Origin: Felis catus
Taxonomy: Eukaryota
Assembly: GCF_018350175.1 (NCBI RefSeq)
Contig: NC_058368.1
Span: 203,858,001-203,922,000, forward strand
Direction: 5' to 3'
DNA: 64,000 nucleotides
Below are positions 1-11,885 of this stretch, one piece after another. A program made the translations under genes and the position numbers. Below the pieces are notes generated by a model that did not search any database, was not told the origin of the DNA, and was given only the letters and a program-made list of their open reading frames with translations. Within the stretch, counting starts at the first letter, position 1; the number at the start of each line of letters is the position of its first letter.

Positions 1-514
1 CCAAAAGACAAATCCATCCATAAAGTAACATTACTTCCAAAAACTCCAAAATAGTATTTGTCAAAGTCCAAAGAGTAACAGCTAAGAAAACGATGTTTGC
101 AGCTATCTCATTTTCTAGTTATGGATAATATTTATGTTACTAATAACCAGAGATTGCCAGTGGCATTTCAAAGATGTTAAGGGTGACAGAGAAAGTATCT
201 AAAATTATTCTGATTCATAACCCTGCCCATGTTCTCCTATTTCTAAATGTGGAAAGTAGAAAGACTAAGGATGGATAAGAGAGGCAAAGTGTAGAAGATT
301 CAAACTAGATCAAAATAAACCTAATAATGTTAAGGTATTGCTACTTTTGTTTAGAACTATCTTTTGCTCTTTTACACCAAACGGATGGAATAGCAGGGAC
401 CCCGAATATGCTAAGAAAATGGCTTTTGTGTTCAAATTTCCAATCAACAAATGGAATAAGCCCTTGTAAGTGGAATTCATTTAAAATCCATAGACCATGC
501 AGAATTTCTAAGAT

Positions 515-1002
515 ATGCATTGTCCAATCCAATGGCCACCAACCACAAATGACTACTTTAAATGTGACTACTTCAACTAAGGAAGCAAATTTTTTATGTT
601 ACTTAATTTTAACCCATTTAAATTAAATTTAAAAACTGGTAATTTCAATAACTAGAAATTTTTCAAGTATGTTTGAAATAACCTAGGCACATGAATCTAT
701 TTTTTCAACTATTAATTGTATGAAATATAAATTTATATTAAGTACTTCTAATGAAAATCTGGCATTCTGATTGTGATGTGCCATGAATGTAAATATATGC
801 TAAAATTTGAAAACTCTGTATGAAAAAAGAATATAAAATATCTCATTAATAGTTTTCATGTTAGTTACATGTCAAAATGATATTGGTTTAAGCTCATCAT
901 TAAATTAATTTCATTTGTTTATCTTTATTTTTTGTGATTAATGGAAATTTTTTAATTACATATGTGGCTCATATTATATACTTATTGAATGAATAGTGCA
1001 GA
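515..1002 (-). mobile_element. hAT-Charlie DNA transposon fossil (Charlie1/MER33-like)
   Basis: Reverse strand reads ...AATATGAGCCACATATGTAATTAAAAAATTTCC...ATTAATGAGATATTTTATATTCTTTTTTCATAC..., resembling the recalled MER33/Charlie1 consensus; boundaries approximate. Confidence 0.7.
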
Positions 1003-1499
1003 TTCAGAGAATAACATTACTGCAACCAGGGATTTCCCTTGGTATTTCACACAGAATCATGTACATAATTGACCCTAACTAAATACATGTTGTCTAAATA
1101 AAAATGGTCTATATATTTGGGCAAATATTTCTTGTTATACTTCCCAAAAATTTAATTTGAAAAGGAGTTCATTTTTCAACAGAAAGATAGTTTTGGAAAT
1201 AGGTCAAACAATGAGAGAAATGGGGACATTTTTCCTCCTCTTATTCAGAGAACCCACAATTAGTGGAGAGAGTCAAATCAACTCATCACATTTTTATTGT
1301 GTCCCCACGATGCTCCCAAGCATCTGCTAGAGTAAACACCCCTTCTCATTAGGGTTTTTCCAAACCATCTCTTCATGGCTGGATCCAAAATTTAGCAAAA
1401 TTCCAAAGAACTCCCCAATAGTTCCAAGAAGCTATGGGAAAGATAATAGATAAATGAGGCTAGAAGTACAGTTTTAACATCACACAAAATTAGTGGAGC

Positions 1500-1945
1500 C
1501 TTGGCTTTGTCATACATCAACAATGAAAAAGTTGCCTAACCTCTATAATTCTCATTTCCTCATTCATAAATTAGGATTAATAATAGTAACTACCTGTTAG
1601 GATTTCTTTCTTTTTTTTTTTTTTTTAATTTTTTTTCAACGTTTTTTATTTATTTTTGGGACAGAGAGAGACAGAGCATGAACGGGGGAGGGGCAGAGAG
1701 AGAGGGAGACACAAAATCGGAAACAGGCTCCAGGCTCCGAGCCATCAGCCCAGAGCCTGACGCGGGGCTGGAACTCACGGACCGCGAGATCATGACCTGG
1801 CTGAAGTCGCGACGCTTAACCAACTGCGCCACCCAGGCGCCCCTAGGATTTATTTCTTAAAAAAAAAAAAAAACATGTTAAGTACTTAATGCTTCAAACA
1901 TAAAAGGAACTCAGTATATGGTAGTTAGATGATGCTGATGATTAA
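1500..1945 (+). mobile_element. MIR, split by a SINE at 1613-1843
   Basis: MIR core-like AAGTTGCCTAACCTCT...CTCATTTCCTCATTCATAAATTAGGATTAATAATAGTAACTACCT; resumes after the SINE. Confidence 0.6.
1613..1843 (-). mobile_element. Feliform Can-SINE (SINEC_Fc-type), young subfamily
   Basis: Reverse strand: GGGGCGCCTGGGTGGCGCAG head, (CT)n region, A-tail; TSD TAGGATTT(C/A)TTTCTT at 1598-1612 and 1844-1858. Confidence 0.95.
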
Positions 1946-2384
1946 TTATCACTGTTATTACAACTATACTATTCTCTTCCAACAACTCTAGGCAATTCTA
2001 AAGTCTTCTTAAGTAATCTTCATTTTGGTGGTTCCCAGCTTTTCCAGGAATAAAACTCTCTTTTAGCTTTTGTTTCTTACTTTTCCTACATGAAATTATC
2101 CATCAAGCTGATAGCGTTACAGGGCCATAAACATAAAAAGAACAAAAAAAAAGATTCTACAATCTAATGATTTCCAGAAATTTCATCTTTTTTCAAGAAA
2201 TCTAAGAGACCCTCTCCAGGTATTTTTACATTTTCTATACTGACAAAGATTAACTGTAGCCGGATAGGATAACGTGTACACTTGTTTTACTCATGATCAG
2301 AGAACCTAATGTCCAAGCATTACTATAACCAAGGAAGTCACATGTGATTATTTTATATTTTAAAGCAAGCAGGTAGTTCATAAG

Positions 2385-2625
2385 CCGGGCTGCCCTATTG
2401 ATTAGCCACTTGTAGACACAGTGCTTAGTACCCACAGTATTTTTAGGGTACCACAAAAATGTTTTAATTTCTTTTAAAATCAGAAGAAAAAAACACTTCT
2501 AAGGAAAAGAAAATGTTTTACTATATAATAGTAACATTTTCACCTTTTGACCAACACAATCATAAAATATAATTTGTAATATTTTATGGAGGAAGGGGCC
2601 CACAAAGGCAAAGCCTAGTCATAAC
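2385..2625. mobile_element. hAT-type non-autonomous DNA transposon (MER53-like, family uncertain)
   Basis: CACAGTGCTTAGTACCCACAGTATTTTTAGGG...AAAATGTTTTAATTTCTTTTAAAATCAGAAGAAAAAAA...GGAGGAAGGGGCCCACAAAGGCAAAG resembles a recalled MER consensus. Confidence 0.55.
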
Positions 2626-3454
2626 CTGCCAGGTAACCAGAAGGAGCAGACAATGAGACGCTGCGTGATACAACACCACCCCGAACACTAGAATCACGGG
2701 TAGACTGGTTGCATAGCCCCTCATTGCCAGTGGAGAAAGCATAAAAGGACAATCTGTTTATATAAGGGACAGATAGCTGCATCACTAGTCACAGAATGCA
2801 TATAGAGCTAATACTCCAAAAGGATGTTTGACAATTCTGTATGTGGCTCTCCACCATCCATAAACCCTCAAATTCACCATGACCATACATATCAGCACAG
2901 AGAAAACTGGCCCTTAATATCTGACAATTGTTTTCCGCCTCACTACTTCCCTGTTTTGCCCTTGGCATCTTGTTCTCACCTGATACTTCAGGCTGTAGAC
3001 TGTACAATTTGTTTTCTTTTTTTATATCTGCCTCTATAGTCACTCTGTTGAATGATGTACACTGCTATGTCCTGGGCTGTGACTTTTTGCCTGTCTATTT
3101 TCACGAAGAATCTCCTCTCCTCGTGCTACCTCAGACCATCCTGGGGCCATTCTGCCCATCCCACTTGCTGTTCCAATCCTTTGGCAGAACTTTCATGCCC
3201 TTGGAAATCTTCAAAACAATCAGAGAAATTTATGCCCTGAGTCCACACCCAGGAACCAGACAAATGTGATTTTGAGTTTCTAGTTCAGTTAAATGACACT
3301 CAACTTAAACATCTTTGGTACTCCCATTTATTTGGCGGTAACATGAGATAATGAACACTCCTCATTGACTCACTCTGTCCCTTGGAAGTGGGAAGCAGTT
3401 GGCATATTTAATAAATGCTACTTTTTTCACTTCTGTTTCATATATAAAGATCCT

Positions 3455-3830
3455 GAATTAATTTATTCAATAAACACAAATAGATACTATAAATATACAG
3501 GAGATCAAAATGAAGTTTCTGACCTCAGAGAACTCATACTAATGTATAGAGACAAACAATTAAAAAACACAGTAAACAACAGATTAGATAATCAGATGAT
3601 AATTATTATGGAGAAAGATAAAACAGAGTGAGGGAAATAGTGACTGAGGTGTGTACAGTTCTACTATATAAGAGGGTTAAGGAAGGTGACATTTGAGCAG
3701 TCCTAAAGAAAGTAAGCAAGAAAGCCATATACAAGGAAAAGAACCTTCCAGAAAAGAGGGAAAATAAGTAGAAACACACTGAAGCGTATCAGTGGCATAT
3801 CTGAGGAACAGCAAAAGCTGGAAGAGAAGC
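3455..3830 (-). mobile_element. L2 LINE 3' fragment
   Basis: Degenerate antisense L2 motifs (TTTATTCAATAAAC, GACCTCAGAGAACTCATAC, GGTGACATTTGAGCAG). Confidence 0.55.
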
Positions 3831-3999
3831 CTTATTAGCCCAAAGGCTGGTAGTGAAGCTTACTGTGTTTTCAGTCACCATCGCTCCATCCATGAACAAA
3901 GACATGTATTTCCTTTCCCACTTGGAAAGGGAAGTAGGAGAGGGACTGAGCAGGATGCAAGGTGGGAAGCTCCATGGTCAGGTCTGGCAGTGCATTTTC

Positions 4000-4216
4000 T
4001 TTTTTTTTTTTAATTTTTTTTTTTATTTTTGAGACAGAGAGAGACAGAGCATGAACAGGGGAGGGTCAGAGAGAGAGGGAGACACAGAATCGGAAACAGG
4101 CTCCAGGCTCTGAGCTGTCAGCACAGAGCCCGATGCGGGACTTGAACCCACGGACCGTGAGATCATGACCTGAGCCAAAGTCGGCCGCTTAACCAACTGA
4201 GCCACCCAGGCGCCCC
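4000..4216 (-). mobile_element. Can-SINE (SINEC_Fc-type)
   Basis: Full head and tail; TSD TGGCAGTGCATTTTC (3985-3999) / TGGCGGTACATTTTC (4217-4231). Confidence 0.95.
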
Positions 4217-5855
4217 TGGCGGTACATTTTCAATTCCAATTCAACAAAACATTTCTTGAATCTATGCAAGACCCTGTACCAGCCTCTAAAAGAAGATAAA
4301 GATATAGAGAAGGTCACTGGTACCAAACTGCTCATTTTGTCTGAAAAGTTGCGCGTATTCAGAACTTTCTAAACACTACTTTACATGGAACTACAAACCC
4401 CCTTCATAGAAAAATAAAATTATTTTTGGATTTTCGCTCATTTTGGTTCATCTATCCCATACCACTTCTCCCTAATTAGTGCAGATAATTGAAAGTCAAC
4501 TTTATTTTCAAAGCAGAAAAGAGCTAATCGGCCCACCAGCTGAGAAGTGGAGTGTTTCCAGACTATAATGTTAATGGTCATTTTAAGACCAGAAGGGAGT
4601 CAAAAATATGATTTAACCCATCTCTTTCCCTGAAAGCACAGGAAACATCTCCACTCTGCCCTGGCAGACAGTGCCCACTGCTTCCAGTCCCTCTCAATCA
4701 TTGTACTTGGCCAAGTTTTATGCCAAGCTATACGTGCCCATCTCTTTAGCAAGGAGGTTACACTGCATGGCAATTTTATATATTTGAAAATTTTCATCTC
4801 TATTCACTTAAAAAACATAATATACTCATACTAACATAGTAATAAACATATGAACACAATAAACTTTCAAAAAAATGTGCCAATGACAAAATTTACTATA
4901 TATTTTTTTGAGTCAGTAAAAATTTTTAGTTCTTGTTGTCTTAGGCTTTGTAGAACTGGCCACAAATTTTTATTTTTGGATGGAAAACTATAAGAAGGCA
5001 GTAAGTCCCTTTCCTGTTATTAAGGCTAAGCAAAGCAAACATTATTTTAACCTTTGTTATATTTCTGGCTCACATTTTCTCCACCATTTTACTGGACTTT
5101 CTCTTGCATTGCCCAATGTTGGGTGTTTGCACTTTTTTTTCTCCTACATCTGTTTTTCCTCAAACTCTCTTAAGTTTCTGCACTTTCTGTATAACTTTCA
5201 TTTTCCTGCTATGACTTTTTCTCCTGCTCCATTGTCTTTGTTGACATATATCATTAAGCTTCATCTTTATACTTTTTGTTTTTACTCACTTTTTCCTTTT
5301 CTTTTTGTTTCCACCACTTTTTAAAATCCTACTTTCTCTCTTGCCCTGGTAAAGGCAAGTCTCATGCCATTTTGAAATTTAACCATAGTCTTCCCTGTCT
5401 CCCATGATGTAGTCAAGTCTTGGGCTCTCAGTTCATTTGCTAAATAATCAAGTTGGTCAGAACAAGCAGAAGAGACAACATTCATGTGTAGGGTCTCAAA
5501 CCTAGCACATTACAAAGTTAAGAAATACTGACGTTATACCACTGCCCGCTTTCATTTCACATTTTATCTGCAATACATAAGGAGAAAATGGGGCTGACAC
5601 CAATATCATTAAGAGACTTACCAAAATGAGAGAATATTTTACTTCCATTTCTAAAACGACTATATGATTTTTAGGTGGCGCTTTTTATAGCTACTGACTT
5701 AGAATACGAACTTTGATTTGGATGGCATTCAGATCTACAATGTACTGGCAACCATTAGTAGCAGCCCAATGGACCAAACTAACCAGTTAGCCCCTAGGAG
5801 CACAAGCAGACTACAACCCAGTTCATCTCTTCTACCTTATTGTTTTTTATTTAAA

Positions 5856-6071
5856 AAATTTTTTTTATTTTTAACATTTATTTTTGAGACAGAGAGAGAC
5901 AGAGCATGAACAGGGGAGGGTCAGAGAGAGAGGGAGACACAGAATCCGAAGCAGGCTCCAGGCTCTGAGCTGTCAGCACAGAGCCCGACGCGGGGCTCGA
6001 ACTCACGGACCGTGAGATCGTGACCCGAGCCTAAGTCGGCCGCTTAACCGACTGAGCCACCCAGGCGCCCC
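5856..6071 (-). mobile_element. Can-SINE (SINEC_Fc-type)
   Basis: Full length and CpG-rich; TSD approx TATTGTTTTTTATTTAA / TAGTGTTTCTTATTTAA. Confidence 0.95.
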
Positions 6072-6211
6072 TAGTGTTTCTTATTTAACATGCCTCTAAT
6101 TTCATAACTGACCAAACTGTACAAAGATTTGCACCATATATTTCATCATCTCAGCTCTCTAAATGAAATTTATAGTGTCTAATGAACCAGCAAAGTTAAA
6201 TTGATAATAAT

Positions 6212-6732
6212 TATGGTAGTCAGAATAATGCCCCCTCCCCCAACACACATACACAGAACTCTACATCCTAACCCCTGGAACCTAGGAGTATGTTGTTTTG
6301 CATGACAGAGGGGAACTAAGGTTGGAGATGGAATTAAGGTTGCTAATTATCTGACTTTAAAGTAGAAAGATGATCCTGGATTACCCAGGTTGGCTCAATA
6401 TAATCATAGGGGTCCTGGAAGAAGACAAGAGAAGAGAGGAAGAAGAATCAGAGTCACAGTGATGTGACAGAAGAAAGGCCAAACTTGCCATTGCTGGCTT
6501 TGAAGGGACCACAAGTCAAGAAATGTGGGCAGCATCTAGAAGCTACAAGGGAACAGATGTTCTCGTGGAGCCTCCAGAAGCAACAGCCCTGCCAACACCT
6601 TCACTGGAAACCCATTTCAGACTTCTGATCTCGAGAACTATAGGATAATGTTTGTGCATCAAACTAGTGTTGTTTGTGTAACAACACTAAATCTGTGGCA
6701 ATTTGTTAGAGCAGGAATATCGAATTAGTACA
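6212..6732 (+). mobile_element. MaLR solo LTR (MLT1D-like)
   Basis: Starts TATGGTAGTCAGAATAATGCCCC, contains GATGGAATTAAGGTTGCTAATTATCTGAC, ends TAGTACA; 5-bp TSD ATAAT at 6207-6211 and 6733-6737. Confidence 0.85.
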
Positions 6733-7684
6733 ATAATAAAGCCATAGTTTCATTGTAATCATTTTAAATGTGTAAAATAGATTTCTCAATGTATAATTAA
6801 AATTTTTTAAGCCTACAATCTAAAGTGGGCTTCCCACCCACTCAAAAGTCTGTTTCTGAATTTTGATGTGATGATTTTCTTGCAGCAAAATTGATTTAAA
6901 AATATCACATTTAAACATATTTTGAATACTATCTAGATATGACATTGTCTAAATAGTTTTATCATACAAGGAAATGTTATCAGAAGCATTAAACTTTCTA
7001 AATAATTATTGTAAGATTTGTATTTCATTTTTAAATAGCCCTAATCGTCTCTTCTCTAATTTTGTCTCATATTCCTTTTCATGGAACTGTTTTAATTCTA
7101 ACCAAGATATTTGAGTTTCTTAAATATCAGACTCATTTCCACACAAACTTTTAAAATTAAGACAATAATATTTGGATATATGTCAGTGAAGTTTCAAAAT
7201 CTTGTTAGTCAAAGTCTCTGACAGAACTATTATATGAGTGTTGAACTTCTGGGGACCTTTATGATTATTTTTCTATCTTCTCTTCAAGTCAGAAATACTT
7301 ATATTTTCTATGTGTGAGATTTTAGACAAGTTAGGTAATCTTTTCGCCTGAGGGTGTCAGACAAGATTATTTACAGTTCCTTGCTACTATGACTTTAAAA
7401 CATGCATAGACATTCAATAAGAACAGTGAGTACTAGAAAAACATTACAAACATTTCCTATCCATGGATAAGCTTAAAATGTTAAGCTTATAATTAAGCTT
7501 AAAATTACAACTATCAAAAATTAATTACTAAATGGATGGTTACCAGAGGGGAGGTGGGTGGGGGGATGGGTGAAATAGTCGATGGGGATTAAAGAGCACA
7601 CCTATCATGACAAGCACTGAGTCATGTATAGAATTGCTGAAACACTATATTGTACACCTGAAACTAATACAACACTGTTTGTTT

Positions 7685-7890
7685 GGGGCGCCTTGGTGGC
7701 TCAGTCGGTTGACTTCAGCTCAGGTCATGATCTTGCAGTCCGTGGGTTAAAGCCCCATGTCTGGCTCTGTGCTGACAGATCAGAACCTGGAGCCTGCTTC
7801 ACATTCTGTGTCTCCCTTTCTCTTTGCCCCTCCCCCGCCCATGCTCTGTCTCTCTCCATCTCTCAAAAAAGAATAAACATTAAAAAAAAA
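7685..7890 (+). mobile_element. Can-SINE (outer element of nested pair)
   Basis: GGGGCGCCTTGGTGGCTCAG head; TSD AACACTGTTTGTT (7671-7683) / AACAATGTTTGTT (8129-8141) encloses both SINEs. Confidence 0.92.
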
Positions 7891-7896
7891 TTTTTT

Positions 7897-8102
7897 TTCA
7901 ACGTTTATTTATTTTTGGGACAGAGAGAGACAGAGCATGAACAGGGGAGGGGCAGAGAGAGAGGGAGACACAGAATCGGAAACAGGCTCCAGGCTCTGAG
8001 CCATCAGCCCAGAGCCTGACGCGGGGCTCGAACTCACGGACCGCGAGATCGTGACCTGGCTGAAGTCGGACGCTTAACCGACTGCGCCACCCAGGAGCCT
8101 CC
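7897..8102 (-). mobile_element. Young Can-SINE inserted antisense into the tail of the preceding SINE
   Basis: Young-subfamily diagnostic positions; flanked by AAAAAATTTTTT at 7885-7896 and 8103-8114. Confidence 0.93.
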
Positions 8103-8504
8103 AAAAAATTTTTTAAATAAATTAAGAAAACAATGTTTGTTAACTCCATTGGAATTAAAATAAAAAGATAAAAAACGACTAAAACTAATCACTAATTTTA
8201 ATCAGGCAGTCACTGGGAAATGCTCAGTTTCACTTACACATATACCATAGTGGCTCCCCCAAATACCACCCCAACATCTTCCTAGTCTTTCAAATGCTAC
8301 CCCAAGTGGTTTAGGGGTCTAACGTTACTGATAAATTAAAAAGTGAAAAGCCTTAGAAATATCATTTAAAAAGCTGAGGATCCTAGGGGGAAAGAAAAGA
8401 ATGAAATCTTTAGAGATTTCTATCAGAGAAAATTCCAAAAGCAATTCATTCACAACTTTTTATCTCCCCATTCCAATCCTTCAGCTTTGTAAAAGTCTCC
8501 AGCC

Positions 8505-8723
8505 AGGGCGCCTGGGTGGCTCAGTCGGTTAAGCGTCTGACTTCGACTCAGGTCATGATCTTGCAGTCCATGAGTTCGAGCTCCGTGTCAGGCTCTGTGC
8601 TGACAGCTCAGAGCCTGGAGCCTGTTTCAGATTCTGTGTCCCCCTCTCTCTCTGACCCTCCTCCATTCATGCCCTCTGTCTGTCTCAAAAATAAATAAAT
8701 GTTAAAAAAAAAAATTTTTTTTT
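8505..8723 (+). mobile_element. Can-SINE
   Basis: Perfect TSD AAAAGTCTCCAGCC at 8491-8504 and 8724-8737. Confidence 0.95.
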
Positions 8724-8995
8724 AAAAGTCTCCAGCCCTACCAGAATCTCAGCAATGAGCTAAGAGGAAAGGCACTGTCTGTGCATACAGCTGAAAAAAA
8801 TCCACGCTCTCCATAACCAGAGACCAAATCTTCGTTTTATCAGTTTTCGTAAGTCCTATGCCACCTTTCTGATTTACCTTACCAACTGTTCACCTTAGTT
8901 GAAGGCATACCAGCACTGACCATCACTTTAACTTCTTGAAGAGCTTCTAAACAAAAAAAGTAGACTAGAGTCCCCTTTAAAACATATTGGTCATA

Positions 8996-9232
8996 GGGGT
9001 AGCTGGGTGGCTCAGTCGGTTAAGCGTTGGACTTCGCTCTCAAGTCTCTCACCGACAGCTTCAAACTCACAGCTTCTGAGTTGAAGCCCCATGTTGGGCT
9101 CTGTGCTGATAACTCAGAGGCTGGAGCCTGAAGCCTGCTTCAGATTCTGTGCCTCCCTCTCTCTCTGCCCGTCCCCTGCTCACACTCTCCCTCTTTCTCT
9201 CTCTCTCAAATATAAACATTAAAAAAAATTCT
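8996..9232 (+). mobile_element. Can-SINE with anomalous internal segment
   Basis: Head GGGGTAGCTGGGTGGCTCAG, (CT)n, A-tail; TSD approx AAAACATATTGGTCATA / AAGCACATTGGTCATA. Confidence 0.9.
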
Positions 9233-10571
9233 TTTAAGCACATTGGTCATATATTTGAATTTATGATTCTCCTTTTAAATTTGTTCCATGTATTACAAGT
9301 TCATGTGGTCTTAGAGTGGTACATGATTTCCTTTCCTGAAAAAAGTAAAATATTGTCCTTTGGCAGACTTTTATTGTGTAAACTTGCCATTGTGCTATTT
9401 TGCATCTCATTACACAGCTGGATTTGCCAATAGCTAATTACAGCAATCATAGACTTACTCCATCTTCACAGCATCATAACGAACAATAAGACAAGGAGTC
9501 TGACGGTGTCACTTACATGGAATTCATCATGATGGAAGTGGCTTTCACATTCTTACACTCCTCTATTCCTATGTATGCATTTATCCCTCCAGGCTTTCAT
9601 GCCTGAAATAAATTTACTGGAATCCCAGCCTCTACTATATGTTAAGCCTACAACTCAAGAACAGCCAGGCCAAGGACACAGTGTTCCATCTTTACAATCA
9701 AATACAGATTTCCCATTAAAAGGAAAATTCTCTATTTCAAAAGATTTAATAGTATAGTCCTTTAAAAATAACTCCAGATGGCTAAATTTCATGACTGAAA
9801 ATATCTCACTACAAGAAATATTTTTGCTTTTATTGTAATTTGTACTAATTTTCAGACACTAGAGTCTTATCTTTTAATGTTTGCCTTTAAGAGATAGGTT
9901 GGGTTTAGGAATTCTACCACATTTTCTTATATTTTTTATTTCAGCTATTTTTGTACCTTTCCGAGCTGACTTCATTCTTATTGACACATTTTCAGGGATT
10001 GGTTGTGCAAGACATGTTGATATTTTCCTACACTGTTTTGCTACTTTTTGTATCAACTTGGCCATCTTTTCTCACTCACTTGCAACCCCACCCTCTCTTC
10101 TTTGAAGTCTCTGTCTACTTAAATTAAAAATAAACTTCATTGAGCTGAATGGCTTGTTACATCAAAAGGAAAAAAATTCAAACAGAGCAGTGATTAAGTA
10201 CATAACCTTTAACTGAAAGGAATATTTCCAAAATAAACAACACTGAACAAATATTTCCCAATGGCCTATAGAGAGCTCATGTATAACACAACAGCAATGC
10301 TTGTATTGCCCCCACACCGTATTTCACAGTAAATGTTGCCAAACAGTGTTTAAATGTCATTAATGTACAGGTTTCTATGATATTCAAGTAATTTCAAAAT
10401 CAGGTTCACTGAAATCCTTAGCCCCTGCTTCCTTGGACTGAAGTCACATGACTGTAAGTCAGGTTAGTTGCCACTAGATGGCTCTGGTTTAAGTTGCTCT
10501 CTGAAACAATACACGTATGCCCTGTAATTAAAGATCTACATTGTATGCATAGGCATTGATGGTTAAAATTC

Positions 10572-10588
10572 GGGGGGGGGGGGGGGGG
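10572..10588 (+). repeat. Poly-G run (G17)
   Basis: Directly visible. Confidence 0.9.
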
Positions 10589-11402
10589 CAGGGCACAAAC
10601 TATGAAAGGCAATACGTTTTTATATTTCATTCAAGATATAATTTTGGAATCATCATTCTGAAGTAGCTAAATATAACATATACGTAGAAATGACACAAGA
10701 AAAAATAAGGAAAAATTCTACCTACACCTTAACGTGCTTTCACCTAAATGTACAAATTCTTCACCTCATGTAAGTTAAGCATCCTAGTATCCACCTCATT
10801 TTAAAACTAATTTTAAAATTTGGCTAGCACCTTCCTTTCAATGGTTTGGCCAACCCTGGTATATGCTTCGTGAAGCCCCCTACGCTTTTTAGGGTGTCTT
10901 CCATCACATAAGTGTGTGTCTTCCAAAGGCCTATGGAGACTGATTCATCAGGATTTGTTCTCCCTTTTTTTCTACCATAATATAACTGTTAAATTCCTCT
11001 GCTTAGGCTAGGAAAACAAGATTGTCAGCCGCTCTGGTAACTTCTAAAAGCAATTACCAGTTAAAGAAACTATGCTTTTGAGCACTTTTAAATAGTTATG
11101 TTTAACATAATAAATGTCTTTGAAAACAAATAAGGAAATTTTAGTTCCTTCATACCGTGAACGATGATTTGTTTTCTCAGTTTGAACATAATCACTGTGT
11201 GCTAAAACCTCACTACGACACATATCTTTCACAATTATATGAACACATCACATCGCAATCAAATTCAGAGCCATTTTGCCTCTATGTGACCTGCGGTAGT
11301 CATCTAAACACATTTGTTAGATGAGTGAACAAAGAGATGATAGAAGATCCTTTTTGTTGTGCTCTTTCCTAATCTACTTGTGCCACTGTAATGAGTGATA
11401 GA

Positions 11403-11885
11403 CAAATACTCCTTAACTTATGATGGGTTGACGTCTTGATAAACCCATCACGGTTGAAATTTTCATTAAGTCAAAAATGCACTTAATACATCTAACCTAC
11501 CAAACAAACATCATAGCTTAGCCCAGTCTACCTTAAATTTGCTCAGAACACTTACATTAGCCTACAGTTGGGTAAAATCATCTAACACAAAGCCTATTTT
11601 ATAATATCTCATGTAATTAACTGAATACTGTACTGAAAGTGCAAAACAGAATAGCTGTGTGGGGACAGAATGGTTGTAAGTGTAACAGCTGTTTATTCTC
11701 ATGATCACGTGGCTGGCTGGGAACTACGGCTCACTATTGCTGCCCAGTATCAGGACAGAGTATCATACCACATATCACCAGCCTGGGGAAATATCAAAAT
11801 TCAAAGTTTAAGGTACAGTTTCTACTGAATTGGTATCACTTTCGTGCCATCATGAAGTTGAAAAATCTTAAGTCACACCATCCTG
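11403..11885 (+). mobile_element. TcMar-Tigger DNA transposon fossil (MER47/Tigger5-like)
   Basis: CTCCTTAACTTATGATGGGTTGACGTCTTGATAAACCCATC...CATCATAGCTTAGCC...CTCAGAACACTTACATTAGCCTACAGTTGGG... resembles the recalled MER47 consensus. Confidence 0.8.

Larger units (their letters stand above)
7533..8165 (+). mobile_element. Carnivore L1 3'-UTR end, interrupted by two SINEs
   Basis: GGTTACCAGAGGGGAGGTGGGTGGGGG...TGTACACCTGAAACTAATACAACACTGTTTGTT, resuming ...GTTAACTCCATTGGAATTAAAATAAAAA after 8129. Confidence 0.85.

Noticed and set aside
1..81. Minus-strand acceptor TTTTCTTAG followed by an open frame CYSLDFDKYYFGVFGSNVTLWMDLSF
   Set aside because: It runs off the window edge, no donor is visible, and it is too short to distinguish from chance.
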